Shown here in pieces: positions 10,082 to 19,929 of a stretch of DNA of 64,000 bases (its first letter is position 1; every line of letters starts with the position of its first letter). Below the pieces are notes generated by a model, which saw nothing but the letters and a program-made list of their open reading frames with translations, had not been told where the DNA came from and made no database searches. The position numbers and the translations under genes are program-made. The DNA lies in the NCBI GenBank assembly GCA_965203785.1, contig OZ241911.1:736540-800539 (forward strand). Reading direction: 5' to 3'. Source of the DNA: Bdellovibrionales bacterium (GTDB taxonomy: Bacteria > Bdellovibrionota > Bdellovibrionia > Bdellovibrionales > UBA1609).

Positions 10082-11587
10082 ATGAGTACATCCAGCGAGA
10101 GAAAAATTAGTGTAAATTTAGAAAAAACTGCACAGTTTTTAAATGGGTTGCTATTTACAGTTTTTATAGTATCTAGTATTTGTGCATTTTTTTTTAGTAT
10201 CAAATGGTTTTATCTCGCATTATTTTTATCTGTCATTAATCTTTTTAATTTTTACTATCTTTATGTTCAAAAAAAACATGCATTGCTTGCCAATTTTGGT
10301 TTGTTGGCTTTGTTTCGTTATTTGGTTGAAAGCATTGGTCCAGAGTTTCGTCAATATCTTTATTCTGGTGATATGGAAGAAAGACCATTCAGTCGGGTTG
10401 AGAGAACAGATGTTTATAAAATTGCAAAAAACATGGATAAAACTTCTGCCTTTGGCTCACTTCTTAAGTTTGATGGAACAAGTTTTAAACTGCAACATTC
10501 TTTTTATCCGGTTTCTTTAAAAAAAATTCAGCCATTCTCTTTATGTTTTGGCAGTGAAAATAATTTAAAAAATGCTTATACTATTAACAAACCGATTATG
10601 GTTGGAGCTATGAGTTTTGGGGCTTTGGGGAAAAGAGCTGTGCAGGCTTTATCTTATGGAGCTAAAAAAGCGGACATTGCTCTTAATACAGGGGAAGGTG
10701 GTTATCCCAAGTATCATTTAATGGGTGGAGCAGATTTAATTTTTCAGATTGGTACTGCCAAGTTTGGCGTGAGAAACAAAGACGGTTCTTTTAATGCCGA
10801 TTTGTTAGAAAAAATCGCTCAGCTTCCAGCAGTCAAAATGATTGAAATTAAATTTTCACAAGGGGCTAAACCGGGTAAAGGGGGTATTTTACCAAAAGAA
10901 AAAATCACAGAAGAGATTGCTGAACTGAGGGGGGTTCCGATGGGAGCGGATGTGATTTCTCCGGCAGGTCATTGTGAATGTTCATCACCTGCTCACACTG
11001 TGCGGTTTATTCAAAAACTTCAAGAAATATCTCAACTTCCGGTGGGTATTAAATTTTGTCTTGGTTCTATTAAAGAATTGGGGGAAATGCTTACAGAGAT
11101 GAAAAATCAAAATTACTTTCCCGATTATATGGCTTTAGATGGTTCGGAGGGGGGGACGGGTGCAGCTCCTAAAACTTTTATGGATGACTTAGGTTATGCT
11201 TTATTTCCGGCGATAAAAAAAGTGTTTCAATTATTAGAAGAACGACAAATTCACCGAAAGTTAAAATTAGTAACTTCGGGAAAACTAATCAGTGCTGGTC
11301 GGCAGATGATTGCATTATCCTTAGGTGCTCATGCCATATATACGGCTCGTGGATTTATGCTGGCTTTAGGATGCATTCAAGCTCTTAGGTGTAACAACAA
11401 CACCTGTCCAGTGGGTATTACCACCCATTCTCATAAACTCCAACATGGGCTAGATATTGAAGAAAAATCCAATCGAGTAAAAAATTATGTCCTCAATATC
11501 ACTCATCATCATTATGAGCTGTTGGCTGCGATGGGAAAAACCCGCTTTACTGACTTAAGTCCCGATAACTTAATTTTTCCTCATTGA
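10082..11587 (+). CDS. FMN-binding glutamate synthase-family protein (GltB domain-2-like, membrane anchored)
   Basis: 501 aa with N-terminal TM helices. Conserved motifs are 'KFSQGAKPGKGGILP', 'DGSEGGTGAAP' and 'CNNNTCPVGITT'. Confidence 0.85.
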   Translation: MSTSSERKISVNLEKTAQFLNGLLFTVFIVSSICAFFFSIKWFYLALFLSVINLFNFYYLYVQKKHALLANFGLLALFRYLVESIGPEFRQYLYSGDMEERPFSRVERTDVYKIAKNMDKTSAFGSLLKFDGTSFKLQHSFYPVSLKKIQPFSLCFGSENNLKNAYTINKPIMVGAMSFGALGKRAVQALSYGAKKADIALNTGEGGYPKYHLMGGADLIFQIGTAKFGVRNKDGSFNADLLEKIAQLPAVKMIEIKFSQGAKPGKGGILPKEKITEEIAELRGVPMGADVISPAGHCECSSPAHTVRFIQKLQEISQLPVGIKFCLGSIKELGEMLTEMKNQNYFPDYMALDGSEGGTGAAPKTFMDDLGYALFPAIKKVFQLLEERQIHRKLKLVTSGKLISAGRQMIALSLGAHAIYTARGFMLALGCIQALRCNNNTCPVGITTHSHKLQHGLDIEEKSNRVKNYVLNITHHHYELLAAMGKTRFTDLSPDNLIFPH

Positions 11588-11622
11588 TTGTTTGTCTGTT
11601 ATGAGATACTTTAAAGGTACTT

Positions 11623-11877
11623 ATGGCTAAAATAGTAATTTATTCTAAAACTTCTTGTCCGGCTTGTATAACAGCTAAAGATATTTTTAACCAAAAAGGG
11701 GCTGAATACGAAGAAATTATATTAGACAACAAGCCAGAGGATATTCAACAACTCACCAACCGCACAGGGGTTAGAACCGTCCCTCAAATTTTTATTAACG
11801 GAGAATTTATTGGTGGATGCTCTGACTTGATAGATTTAGATCGGCAAAAAAAATTAGATACTCTTTTGCAGATATAG
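11623..11877 (+). CDS. grxC: Glutaredoxin (GrxC-like)
   Basis: 84 aa with active site 'CPAC' and a 'TVPQIFINGEFIGGCSDL' motif closely resembling Grx3. Confidence 0.85.
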   Translation: MAKIVIYSKTSCPACITAKDIFNQKGAEYEEIILDNKPEDIQQLTNRTGVRTVPQIFINGEFIGGCSDLIDLDRQKKLDTLLQI

Positions 11878-11927
11878 GTAATGTGTATTCAATTCTAGTA
11901 GTATAATTATCTAGGCAAGTTTACAAT

Positions 11928-13055
11928 ATGAAAAATAAGCTTTCACAAATTAAAATTGGCATTTTAGGAGGAGGGCAGTTAGCTCGGATGTTAGCTCTTA
12001 AAAGTCACGAACTGGGTCTTCATCCTTATATTTTAAGTGCTAAAAAAACAGATCCAGCTGGAATGGTTACCAGCTTTCATGTGGAGGGAGATCTTAATTC
12101 TAAAAAAGATTTAAAAAAATTTTTAAAGTTAGTAGATGTTGTTACTTTTGAAAATGAGTTTTCAGATACAAAGCTTTTACAAAAAGTGGCATTAGAAACC
12201 CACACTCCCATTCACCCCAAGCCACAGGTGATGGGGTTGTTGCAAGATCGCCTTAAACAGAAGCAACTTTTACAATCTTGTAAAATTCCCACTGCTTATT
12301 ATATTTCTGGTGAAATAGAAAAACAAGTACCTAATTTTAAGCGATTATTTCCAGATGGAGTGGTTCTTAAAAAAAGGCGAGCGGGATACGATGGTTATGG
12401 AGTTTGTATTGTTAAAAATATTTTCAAAGATTTAGAAGCTCAGAAGTTTTTTTCAAAAAATTCAGGTCAATTAATTGCTGAAGAATGGATTCCTTTTAAA
12501 AAAGAGTTAGCTTTAATTTTGATCAGAAATAGAAAAAAACAAATTGTGGAGTTACCGCTGGTAGAAACAAAGCAAGAATCAGCTTGTTGCGTATGGGTGA
12601 AAGGTCCTTGTCAACATAAGAATAAAGATTCTTTAGTTAAAAAGTTAAAAAATTTAATGAATCAAATTGATTATGAAGGAGTTATGGCTTTTGAACTATT
12701 TGAAACCAAAAAAGGTAATCTATTAGTAAACGAATTAGCACCAAGAGTGCATAATTCTGGGCATTACACTTTATCTGCTTTGAGTGAAGATCAGTTTTCT
12801 CTTCATATTAAAGCAATTTTAAATTTAGATCTCGTAGAGCCAAATTTACACACAGGAGGTTTTGCAATGTTAAATTTATTAGGTAGTAAAGCAAACTTCC
12901 CTTGGAGTAATAAAAAACATCATCCCCTACAGTTTTATTGGTATGGGAAGACTCTTTTTCGGACTGGACGCAAAATGGGACATGTCAATTTATTGGATAC
13001 AACACCTAATAAAGCTTTCAATCGATTATTAAAATTAAAAAAAGATTTATTATAA
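11928..13055 (+). CDS. purK: 5-(carboxyamino)imidazole ribonucleotide synthase
   Basis: 375-aa ATP-grasp protein with 'IGILGGGQLARM', 'ELAPRVHNSGH' and 'GRKMGHV'. It is followed by purE. Confidence 0.9.
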   Translation: MKNKLSQIKIGILGGGQLARMLALKSHELGLHPYILSAKKTDPAGMVTSFHVEGDLNSKKDLKKFLKLVDVVTFENEFSDTKLLQKVALETHTPIHPKPQVMGLLQDRLKQKQLLQSCKIPTAYYISGEIEKQVPNFKRLFPDGVVLKKRRAGYDGYGVCIVKNIFKDLEAQKFFSKNSGQLIAEEWIPFKKELALILIRNRKKQIVELPLVETKQESACCVWVKGPCQHKNKDSLVKKLKNLMNQIDYEGVMAFELFETKKGNLLVNELAPRVHNSGHYTLSALSEDQFSLHIKAILNLDLVEPNLHTGGFAMLNLLGSKANFPWSNKKHHPLQFYWYGKTLFRTGRKMGHVNLLDTTPNKAFNRLLKLKKDLL

Positions 13056-13108
13056 TAATGTATTATAATAAAAAGTTATCAATCAAATAAAAAATAAATA
13101 GGCAAAAG

Positions 13109-13591
13109 ATGAGTGTGGTGAAAAATAAAGTTTTAGTATCTGTTATTATGGGGAGTCGATCGGATGAGCCAGTTATGGATATGACCGGACAAGTATTAAA
13201 AAAGTTTAGTGTTCCTTACGAAACAAAAATAGTTTCAGCACACAGAACTCCTCGGTTTATGCAGAGCTATGCATTAAATTGCCATAAAAGGGGTGTGCAG
13301 GTGATTGTTGCAGGTGCTGGAGGAGCGGCTCATTTACCTGGGATGGTGGCATCTCTTACGCGTCTTCCGGTAATTGGAGTGCCAGTGATGACTAAAACTT
13401 TAAAAGGGTTAGATTCTTTACTTTCTATAGTTCAGATGCCCAAGGGGGTTCCGGTGGCTGGTGTAGCTGTGGATAATGCCTATAATGCTGGTTTATTGGC
13501 TCTTAGGATACTTGCTCTTTCCCGACCAATATTAGCTCGAAAAATAAATACTTATATAAAAGAACAAGCAATAAAAAGTAAAAACAGCTAA
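13109..13591 (+). CDS. purE: N5-carboxyaminoimidazole ribonucleotide mutase
   Basis: 160 aa with 'IMGSRSD' and '[13 protein letters not shown]' motifs. Confidence 0.95.
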   Translation: MSVVKNKVLVSVIMGSRSDEPVMDMTGQVLKKFSVPYETKIVSAHRTPRFMQSYALNCHKRGVQVIVAGAGGAAHLPGMVASLTRLPVIGVPVMTKTLKGLDSLLSIVQMPKGVPVAGVAVDNAYNAGLLALRILALSRPILARKINTYIKEQAIKSKNS

Positions 13592-14793
13592 TGACAAAAT
13601 TTGGAATTGAAGTTTTACTTCAAGAAACAAAATGGCAAAGTCAGTTAGAAAATAAACGGTTAGCTTTTTTAGGTCATTCTGCTAGTGTGGATTCTAAATT
13701 ACAAAACTCTTTGAATCTGATTTTACAACATACATCTTTAAAATTTTCTTGTGTTTTAAGTCCACAGCATGGTTTTCAAAATACAGAGCAGGCGAATATG
13801 ATTACTACAGAAAATTCATATTTTCATTTTTCTAAAAATAAAATTCCTTTATTTAGTTTATATTCTTCTCACACTCGAAGATTAACAAAAGAAATGTTAT
13901 CTTGTTTTGATGGAATCATTATCGACTTACAAGATACAGGTTGCCGTGTTTACACTTATCTGACGACATTATTTTATGTGTTAGAAGATTGCTGTCAGGC
14001 TGGTAAAGAAGTATGGATATTAGATCGTCCCAATCCAGCTGGGCGAAAAGTAGAAGGCAGTGTATTAGACCCCAATTTTATGAGTTTTGTAGGAGCTGGC
14101 CCTTTGCCAATGCGACATGGGTTAACCTTGGGGGAAATCGCTCTTTGGTATTGTGCTTTAAAAAAATTAGATTTTTTGGTTCAAGTTATTTACATGCAAA
14201 ATTATCAACCTGAAAAAAATCCTTGGCCTAACAATTTTGCATGGGTATGCCCCAGTCCTAATATGGTAGATGAAGAATGTACTCGTTGTTACACGGGGAC
14301 TGTGTTATTGGAAGGGACTACTATATCAGAAGCTCGTGGAACTGTTTTCCCTTTAAAAGCTTTTGGTTTTCCCAAAATGGATACCAAACTAATTCTAAAG
14401 AAAATGGCTCAATATGCTCCGCATTGGATGGCGGGTTGTCAGTTAAGAGAAGAATTTTTTAAACCTATGTTTGATAAATTTCAAAACCAAGTTTGTTCAG
14501 CTATTCGATTGTATGCGACATCTCCTTTTTATGATTCGAATCTTTTTTATCCTTATCGTTTAGTGAGTTTATTTTTAAAATGTGTAAAAGAAACATATTC
14601 AGATTTTAATATTTGGCAACCACCTCCTTATGAGTATGAAGAAATAAAACCTCCGATTGATATTTTATCTGGGGATGATTTTTTACGCCATTGGATAGAA
14701 GATACTCAAGCAGTTGTTCAGGATTTAGAAAATAAATTAAAAAAAGATGAACTTCAGTGGCAAGCTGCCAGAAAGCCTTTTATGGTTTACTAA
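13591..14793 (+). CDS. DUF1343 family protein (NamZ-like exo-beta-N-acetylmuramidase)
   Basis: 400 aa. 'IIDLQDTGCRVYTY' and 'ILDRPNPAGRKVEG' match the DUF1343 signature. Its start overlaps the purE stop by 1 nt. Confidence 0.8.
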   Translation: MTKFGIEVLLQETKWQSQLENKRLAFLGHSASVDSKLQNSLNLILQHTSLKFSCVLSPQHGFQNTEQANMITTENSYFHFSKNKIPLFSLYSSHTRRLTKEMLSCFDGIIIDLQDTGCRVYTYLTTLFYVLEDCCQAGKEVWILDRPNPAGRKVEGSVLDPNFMSFVGAGPLPMRHGLTLGEIALWYCALKKLDFLVQVIYMQNYQPEKNPWPNNFAWVCPSPNMVDEECTRCYTGTVLLEGTTISEARGTVFPLKAFGFPKMDTKLILKKMAQYAPHWMAGCQLREEFFKPMFDKFQNQVCSAIRLYATSPFYDSNLFYPYRLVSLFLKCVKETYSDFNIWQPPPYEYEEIKPPIDILSGDDFLRHWIEDTQAVVQDLENKLKKDELQWQAARKPFMVY

Positions 14794-14828
14794 TTGTTTG
14801 TTTTTTGAATCATTTGAGCTTGTAACAA

Positions 14829-14854
14829 CTAATGAGCTTGCAACAACTCATTAG
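14829..14854. terminator. Possible bidirectional hairpin between convergent genes
   Basis: Inverted repeat CTAATGAG-N10-CTCATTAG sits between the DUF1343 gene and recG and overlaps the recG stop codon. It is AT-rich with no clear U-run. Confidence 0.25.
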
Positions 14855-16983
14855 CCCGGGAGAAGTTGAGTGTTTAATTTTTGGATTTCTTTTTTAAGTA
14901 ACTTTAGATTGGGATGAGCTAAAAAGGGGTCTTGTTGGATCATTTGGAAGGCTGATTTTTTAGCTTGTTGAAGAATTTTGATATCTCTAATAAGGTTTGC
15001 AATTTTAAATTCTGAAATACCAGATTGTTTAATCCCTAAAAATTCGCCGGGACCTCTTAACTCTAAATCAGCTTCTGCAATTTTAAATCCATCTTGAGTT
15101 GTTTCCATTATCGACACTCTTTGTAAAGCTTCTTTAGAAGCTTTTTTAGATAATATTAGGATACAATAACTTTTGTAACTTCCTCTACCTATTCGTCCTC
15201 TCAGTTGATGCAGTTGCGACAGACCAAATCGTTCGGCATTTTCTACAATCATTACAGATGCATTAGCTACATCTACACCGACTTCAATAATAGTTGTGCT
15301 AACTAATATTTGAGTGGTTCCTTCTACAAACTGAGACATAATTGTTTGCTTTTCTGTTGCATTCATTTGCCCATGCAATAATCCAATTTGAAAATCAGGA
15401 AATATTTTTTTAAGTTGTTCATATTCTTCTATTGCATTCTTTAAATCAATATGTTCACTTTCTTTAACTAGTGGGTACACAATATAAGCTTGCCGACCTG
15501 TTTGAATTTCGTTTTTTAAAAAATCTAAAACTTTATAACGGTTAGAATGGGTAGTTTTTTTAGTTATAATTGTTTTTCTACCTGGTGGCATTTCATCAAT
15601 TACGGATACATCTAAATCTCCATAAACTGTCATGGCTAAACTTCTGGGGATCGGGGTAGCTGTCATTACTAAAAAATGAGGTTGGTAGCCTTTTTCTTTT
15701 AATCGACCTCTTTGATGCACTCCAAATCGATGTTGTTCATCAATAATTACCAATCCCATTTTATGAAACTGCACAGATTCTTGAATCAAAGCATGAGTTC
15801 CAATACATAGATTAGCCACTCCAGTTTTTAGTTTTTCTAAGATAGTTTTTTTTTCACGAGTTTTAGTTTTCCCTGTTAGCAGTACAATTTCTACATTATA
15901 AGGTTTAAGCAAAGTGGACATATTTTGATAATGTTGCTCAGATAAGATTTCTGTTGGAGTCATGATTGCACATTGGAAACCATTTTCAATGACCTGACAG
16001 CAAGCCAGTAAGGCTACAATAGTTTTTCCACACCCAACATCTCCTTGGATTAAGCGATACATAGGGGTGTTTTTAGATAAATCTTGGCAAATTTCGTTTA
16101 GAACTTTTTTTTGTGCTGAAGTGAGTTCGAAAGGTAAACTTTTTTTAATTTGATTGATTAGAGTAGAATGTTGATTCATTGGTTGAATGTGTTGTTTTTT
16201 AAAGCCAGCTTTTTTTAAACCTAAGTAAAGTTGTAAGAGAAAAAATTCTTCAAAAATAAGTCTTTTTTGTGCAGGAGATTGAAAGCTTAAATAATCTTGT
16301 GCATACTTTACTATCGGCTGATGAATTTGTTTTAAAGCAGACAATTTATCTATCAGTTGGTTTTCTTTTCTGATTGAAAGGGGTAGAGGGTCTTCTACAA
16401 AATTTGAGTCTTGTTCTAAAACTGTGAGAGTTGAATCGATAATTTTTTTAATTTTATGTTGGCTGATTTTTTCTAATTCTGTATAGATGGGGATCAGTTG
16501 ATCGGTGTGTTCTTCTTCTTTATGTAGCGGAAAGATATCTGGATGATGCAATTCTGGTTGATTGTGATAAAAACCTACTCGTCCAGATACTTTAACTTTT
16601 TGGTTTATCTTAAGTCCATCAAAATAACTACGATAAGGTAGTCGAAAGTATTTACACGCAATCCACTCACTGGGAGTTTGGATAATTATTTCGTAAATTC
16701 TTCTCTTACTACTTGTGGTTATTACTTTTTTTTGTGCTATGTATCCATAGAGAGTGACTTGTGCACCGTTACTTAGAAGAGAAAAATCATGGACTGCTTT
16801 TTGACTTTGGTAAGTTCGAGGATACCAGTTAATTAAATGTTTTAAAGTTTGAATGTTTTTTTTTTGGAACACGGCTGCTAGTTGAGGACCAACTCCTTTT
16901 AAATAGCGAAGGGGAGTGTCTGCATTCAGAACTGGTTTTGGTTTTAAGTTGGAGTTGATTAATTGCTTTTTAGGTAAGGTCAA
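14851..16983 (-). CDS. recG: ATP-dependent DNA helicase RecG
   Basis: 710 aa with helicase motifs 'GDVGCGKT', 'DEQHRFG', 'TATPIPR' and 'QLHQLRGRIGRG', plus an N-terminal wedge region. Confidence 0.95.
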   Translation of the reverse strand: MTLPKKQLINSNLKPKPVLNADTPLRYLKGVGPQLAAVFQKKNIQTLKHLINWYPRTYQSQKAVHDFSLLSNGAQVTLYGYIAQKKVITTSSKRRIYEIIIQTPSEWIACKYFRLPYRSYFDGLKINQKVKVSGRVGFYHNQPELHHPDIFPLHKEEEHTDQLIPIYTELEKISQHKIKKIIDSTLTVLEQDSNFVEDPLPLSIRKENQLIDKLSALKQIHQPIVKYAQDYLSFQSPAQKRLIFEEFFLLQLYLGLKKAGFKKQHIQPMNQHSTLINQIKKSLPFELTSAQKKVLNEICQDLSKNTPMYRLIQGDVGCGKTIVALLACCQVIENGFQCAIMTPTEILSEQHYQNMSTLLKPYNVEIVLLTGKTKTREKKTILEKLKTGVANLCIGTHALIQESVQFHKMGLVIIDEQHRFGVHQRGRLKEKGYQPHFLVMTATPIPRSLAMTVYGDLDVSVIDEMPPGRKTIITKKTTHSNRYKVLDFLKNEIQTGRQAYIVYPLVKESEHIDLKNAIEEYEQLKKIFPDFQIGLLHGQMNATEKQTIMSQFVEGTTQILVSTTIIEVGVDVANASVMIVENAERFGLSQLHQLRGRIGRGSYKSYCILILSKKASKEALQRVSIMETTQDGFKIAEADLELRGPGEFLGIKQSGISEFKIANLIRDIKILQQAKKSAFQMIQQDPFLAHPNLKLLKKEIQKLNTQLLPG

Positions 16984-18036
16984 TCAATCCTCAATTTCAC
17001 AGATGGTTTTTAAAATACGAGCAAACACTTGATAAGGGTCTGCATTGGCTCCGGGGCGTCTATCTTCTAAGTATCCACATTTGTTTTGGTGGACGGATAG
17101 GGGAATTCGAATAGAAGCTCCACGATCTGCCGATCCAGATTTAAATTCGCTGATATGACAAGTTTCGTGTAAACCAGTTAAACGTTCCGACAGGCGATGT
17201 CCGTAGACTTCAATATGTTGGTTGTGTTTTTTTTCTAATAAAGTGATTATTTTTTGGATCACTTTCCAACCCTCTTTTGGATTTCTCATGGATTTTGTGG
17301 AAAAGTTGGTGTGTTGCCCAGCCCCATTCCAATCACCTTGCATTGGCTTAGGATCTAATGTGACTGCAATTCCAAAATCTTCACCTAAGCGATAAAGTAA
17401 CCATCGTGCAAGCCAAGTATGATCAGCTACTGATAAAGGGTCTGGAGAGTCCTCTTTGAATCCACGATATCCCACTTGAAACTCCCATTGACCGGGCATA
17501 ACTTCCGCATTGACTCCAAAAATCATCAATCCGGCTTTAATAGCCATTTTAGCATGTTTGTCTACTAATTCTCTTCCAAATACTTCGTTAGCACCCACCC
17601 CACAATAAAAAGGTCCTTGTGGTGCCGGGTAACCTCCGTCTGGCCAACCCATTGGGGCCTGACCTTTAAACAAAGTATATTCTTGTTCAGAACCAAACCA
17701 AGGTTCTTCTTTTTCTGCTCCGGCAGATAAAACTTGTCGCAATTTTGCTCTTGTATTAGAAGGGTGAGGAGAACCATCTGGGTTGAGTACTTCACACATA
17801 ACAATAAAATGTTTCATGCCTCTCAGTGGGTCTCTAATAAAATTAATAGGTTTTAAAATTAAATCGGAATCGCCCCTTTGAGCCTGATAAGTGGACGAGC
17901 CGTCAAAAGTCCAACTGGGAAATTGATTAATTGAGATGTCTTCTTTGGGAACAATACGGACCATTTTTGTTTTAGAGCGTAATTTTTGTGTAGGCGTTGC
18001 TCCATCCATCCATACATATTCGCACATTCGTATCAT
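16984..18036 (-). CDS. glnII: Glutamine synthetase type II (eukaryote-like GSII)
   Basis: 350 aa with 'GDWNGAGQHTNFST', 'DRGASIRIP' and 'LEDRRPGANADPY'. The length and motifs fit GSII, not GSI. Confidence 0.9.
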   Translation of the reverse strand: MIRMCEYVWMDGATPTQKLRSKTKMVRIVPKEDISINQFPSWTFDGSSTYQAQRGDSDLILKPINFIRDPLRGMKHFIVMCEVLNPDGSPHPSNTRAKLRQVLSAGAEKEEPWFGSEQEYTLFKGQAPMGWPDGGYPAPQGPFYCGVGANEVFGRELVDKHAKMAIKAGLMIFGVNAEVMPGQWEFQVGYRGFKEDSPDPLSVADHTWLARWLLYRLGEDFGIAVTLDPKPMQGDWNGAGQHTNFSTKSMRNPKEGWKVIQKIITLLEKKHNQHIEVYGHRLSERLTGLHETCHISEFKSGSADRGASIRIPLSVHQNKCGYLEDRRPGANADPYQVFARILKTICEIED

Positions 18037-18249
18037 TGATTGTTTGTTCCTACCTTATTTAAGTTTTTTTTAACCCTTTTTTAGTGGGTAAGATGTTAAT
18101 AATGTATTGTTAGTTTTAATAATGTTTGTTTGTCAAGCCCTTAGTTGGTAATCCGTCTATTGCAAAAAATTTGGACATTTCTTTAAAAATAGAAGAAATT
18201 GGAAAACAAAAAAAACACAATACAAGAGCATATATAACTGGGATTTTTT

Positions 18250-19287
18250 TTAAATTCTGTGGAGACTTTTTTTTCTGATGTTCCATTGCTCAAGAGCAAA
18301 TTTTCTCATATCTTCTACCGAGTCAAATTCATCTACTATTTCTACACCTAATAAAGTTTCGATGGCATCTTCTAAAGTTACTAAGCCTGTAAGAACTCCA
18401 TAAGAGTCTACAGCAATAAAAATATGTTCTTTTCTTTTAATAAATTGATCCAAAATGGCGGCTACAGAGATTTGATCGGGGATCGAATGGATTGGTTTCA
18501 TATATTCTTCTAAACTAATATTAAATAAGTCATGAGAATAAGCTTCTAAAATTTTGTAGCGGTGAATCATCCCCACAACATGATCTAAACTGCCATCATA
18601 TAAAGGAACACGAGAAAAACGAATAGGTTGGCGTAAATCCATAACTTCTTTGATTTTCATTTTTTTATCAAAAGCGACAATAACCGTGCGGGGCGTCATA
18701 ATTTCTGACACTTTAAGAGTTTTCAACATGAGGAGGTTTTTAATCATTCGGCTTTCTTTTTGTCCGATTGTGCCTTCGCTGGCCCCCATTTCAGCGGTGA
18801 CAATCATATCTTCGCGAGTGATAGCTATGCTTTTTTTTCTAGAAAGCAGGCTATAGAGTTTTTCAGACATCCATACAAATGGATAGGTGAAAAGGATTAA
18901 GGCTCTTACAATATAGGCTACAAAGGGGGCAAGGGTTCTCCAATAAGAGGCTCCAACTGTTTTAGGTATAATTTCTGATACAACTAAAATTACAAAAGTT
19001 AGGATTCCAGAAGCAGCTGTTACATAAGAGCTACCGTAGAGAACATGCACTTGGGCTCCTACACCAGTTGCTCCAGCGGTATTGGCGATTGTATTGAGGG
19101 TCAGGATAGCAGCAAGTGGGCGGTCCATCTTATTTTTTAAAGATTTTAAAACAAATCCATAGTTTTTCTTTTTTTTGATGGTTGCTCGCACATAAACAGA
19201 AGTAATAGAAAGCATGACGGCTTCTAAGAGAGAGCAAATAAAAGAAACAAAAACTGCCAGAAAAAAATAAAAAAGCAATAATCCCAT
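18250..19287 (-). CDS. DUF21 (CNNM) + tandem CBS domain membrane protein (hemolysin/CorB family)
   Basis: 345 aa with N-terminal TM helices, 'TLNTIANTAGATG', then a CBS pair ('VSEIMTPR', 'VDSYGVLTGLVTLEDAIETLLG'). No CorC_HlyC C-terminal domain is apparent. Confidence 0.8.
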   Translation of the reverse strand: MGLLLFYFFLAVFVSFICSLLEAVMLSITSVYVRATIKKKKNYGFVLKSLKNKMDRPLAAILTLNTIANTAGATGVGAQVHVLYGSSYVTAASGILTFVILVVSEIIPKTVGASYWRTLAPFVAYIVRALILFTYPFVWMSEKLYSLLSRKKSIAITREDMIVTAEMGASEGTIGQKESRMIKNLLMLKTLKVSEIMTPRTVIVAFDKKMKIKEVMDLRQPIRFSRVPLYDGSLDHVVGMIHRYKILEAYSHDLFNISLEEYMKPIHSIPDQISVAAILDQFIKRKEHIFIAVDSYGVLTGLVTLEDAIETLLGVEIVDEFDSVEDMRKFALEQWNIRKKSLHRI

Positions 19288-19377
19288 TATTTAACAGACC
19301 CCGATGCTAACAAAGTTTGCAGAACAAGGGCAGTTTTTTTTCTGTGGATTTTTATAAAAAAGGGGTTTTTAAGGTTT

Positions 19378-19929
19378 TTAGGTTTTTTTTGCATGTATGT
19401 TTTCTGAATCCATAAAGATTCGTGTGCCAGTCACTCCTTTTTGACCCTGATATTTACCCGTGTAGGGTTGAGTAGTTTTTTGATCCATTTTACAAAACAC
19501 CATTTGGCAGATTCTTCGACCAGCACATAAACGAATGGGTAAAGTATTGGCGTTATAGAGTTCTAAAGTGAGTTGACCTTCGAAGCCCGGGTCTACCCAC
19601 CCTGCATTTTGAATAAAAAGCCCCATTCGACCAACAGAACTGCGTCCTTCTACAAAAGCTGTTAAATCATCGGGTAATTTTATTTTTTCCATAGTAGTTG
19701 CTAACACAAAAGAGTGAGATGGGACAATAAACTCTTTAGCTATAATTTTTTGATAATTGGGAGCTGAATTAAAATCTAAAACTCCTGTATTCCAATGGGT
19801 AATGGTTACAAATTCACCACCTAATCGCAAATCTACAGAAGCCGGTTGTATTAAAGAGAGATTTTCTGGTTCAATAGATAGTTCTTTATTATGAATTCGT
19901 TTTTTAATACCTTTATCAGAAAGGATCAT
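19378..19929 (-). CDS. dcd: dCTP deaminase
   Basis: 183 aa. '[10 protein letters not shown]...ASVDLRLG' and '[15 protein letters not shown]' are typical of Dcd. It overlaps the fusA stop by 4 nt. Confidence 0.9.
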   Translation of the reverse strand: MILSDKGIKKRIHNKELSIEPENLSLIQPASVDLRLGGEFVTITHWNTGVLDFNSAPNYQKIIAKEFIVPSHSFVLATTMEKIKLPDDLTAFVEGRSSVGRMGLFIQNAGWVDPGFEGQLTLELYNANTLPIRLCAGRRICQMVFCKMDQKTTQPYTGKYQGQKGVTGTRIFMDSENIHAKKT

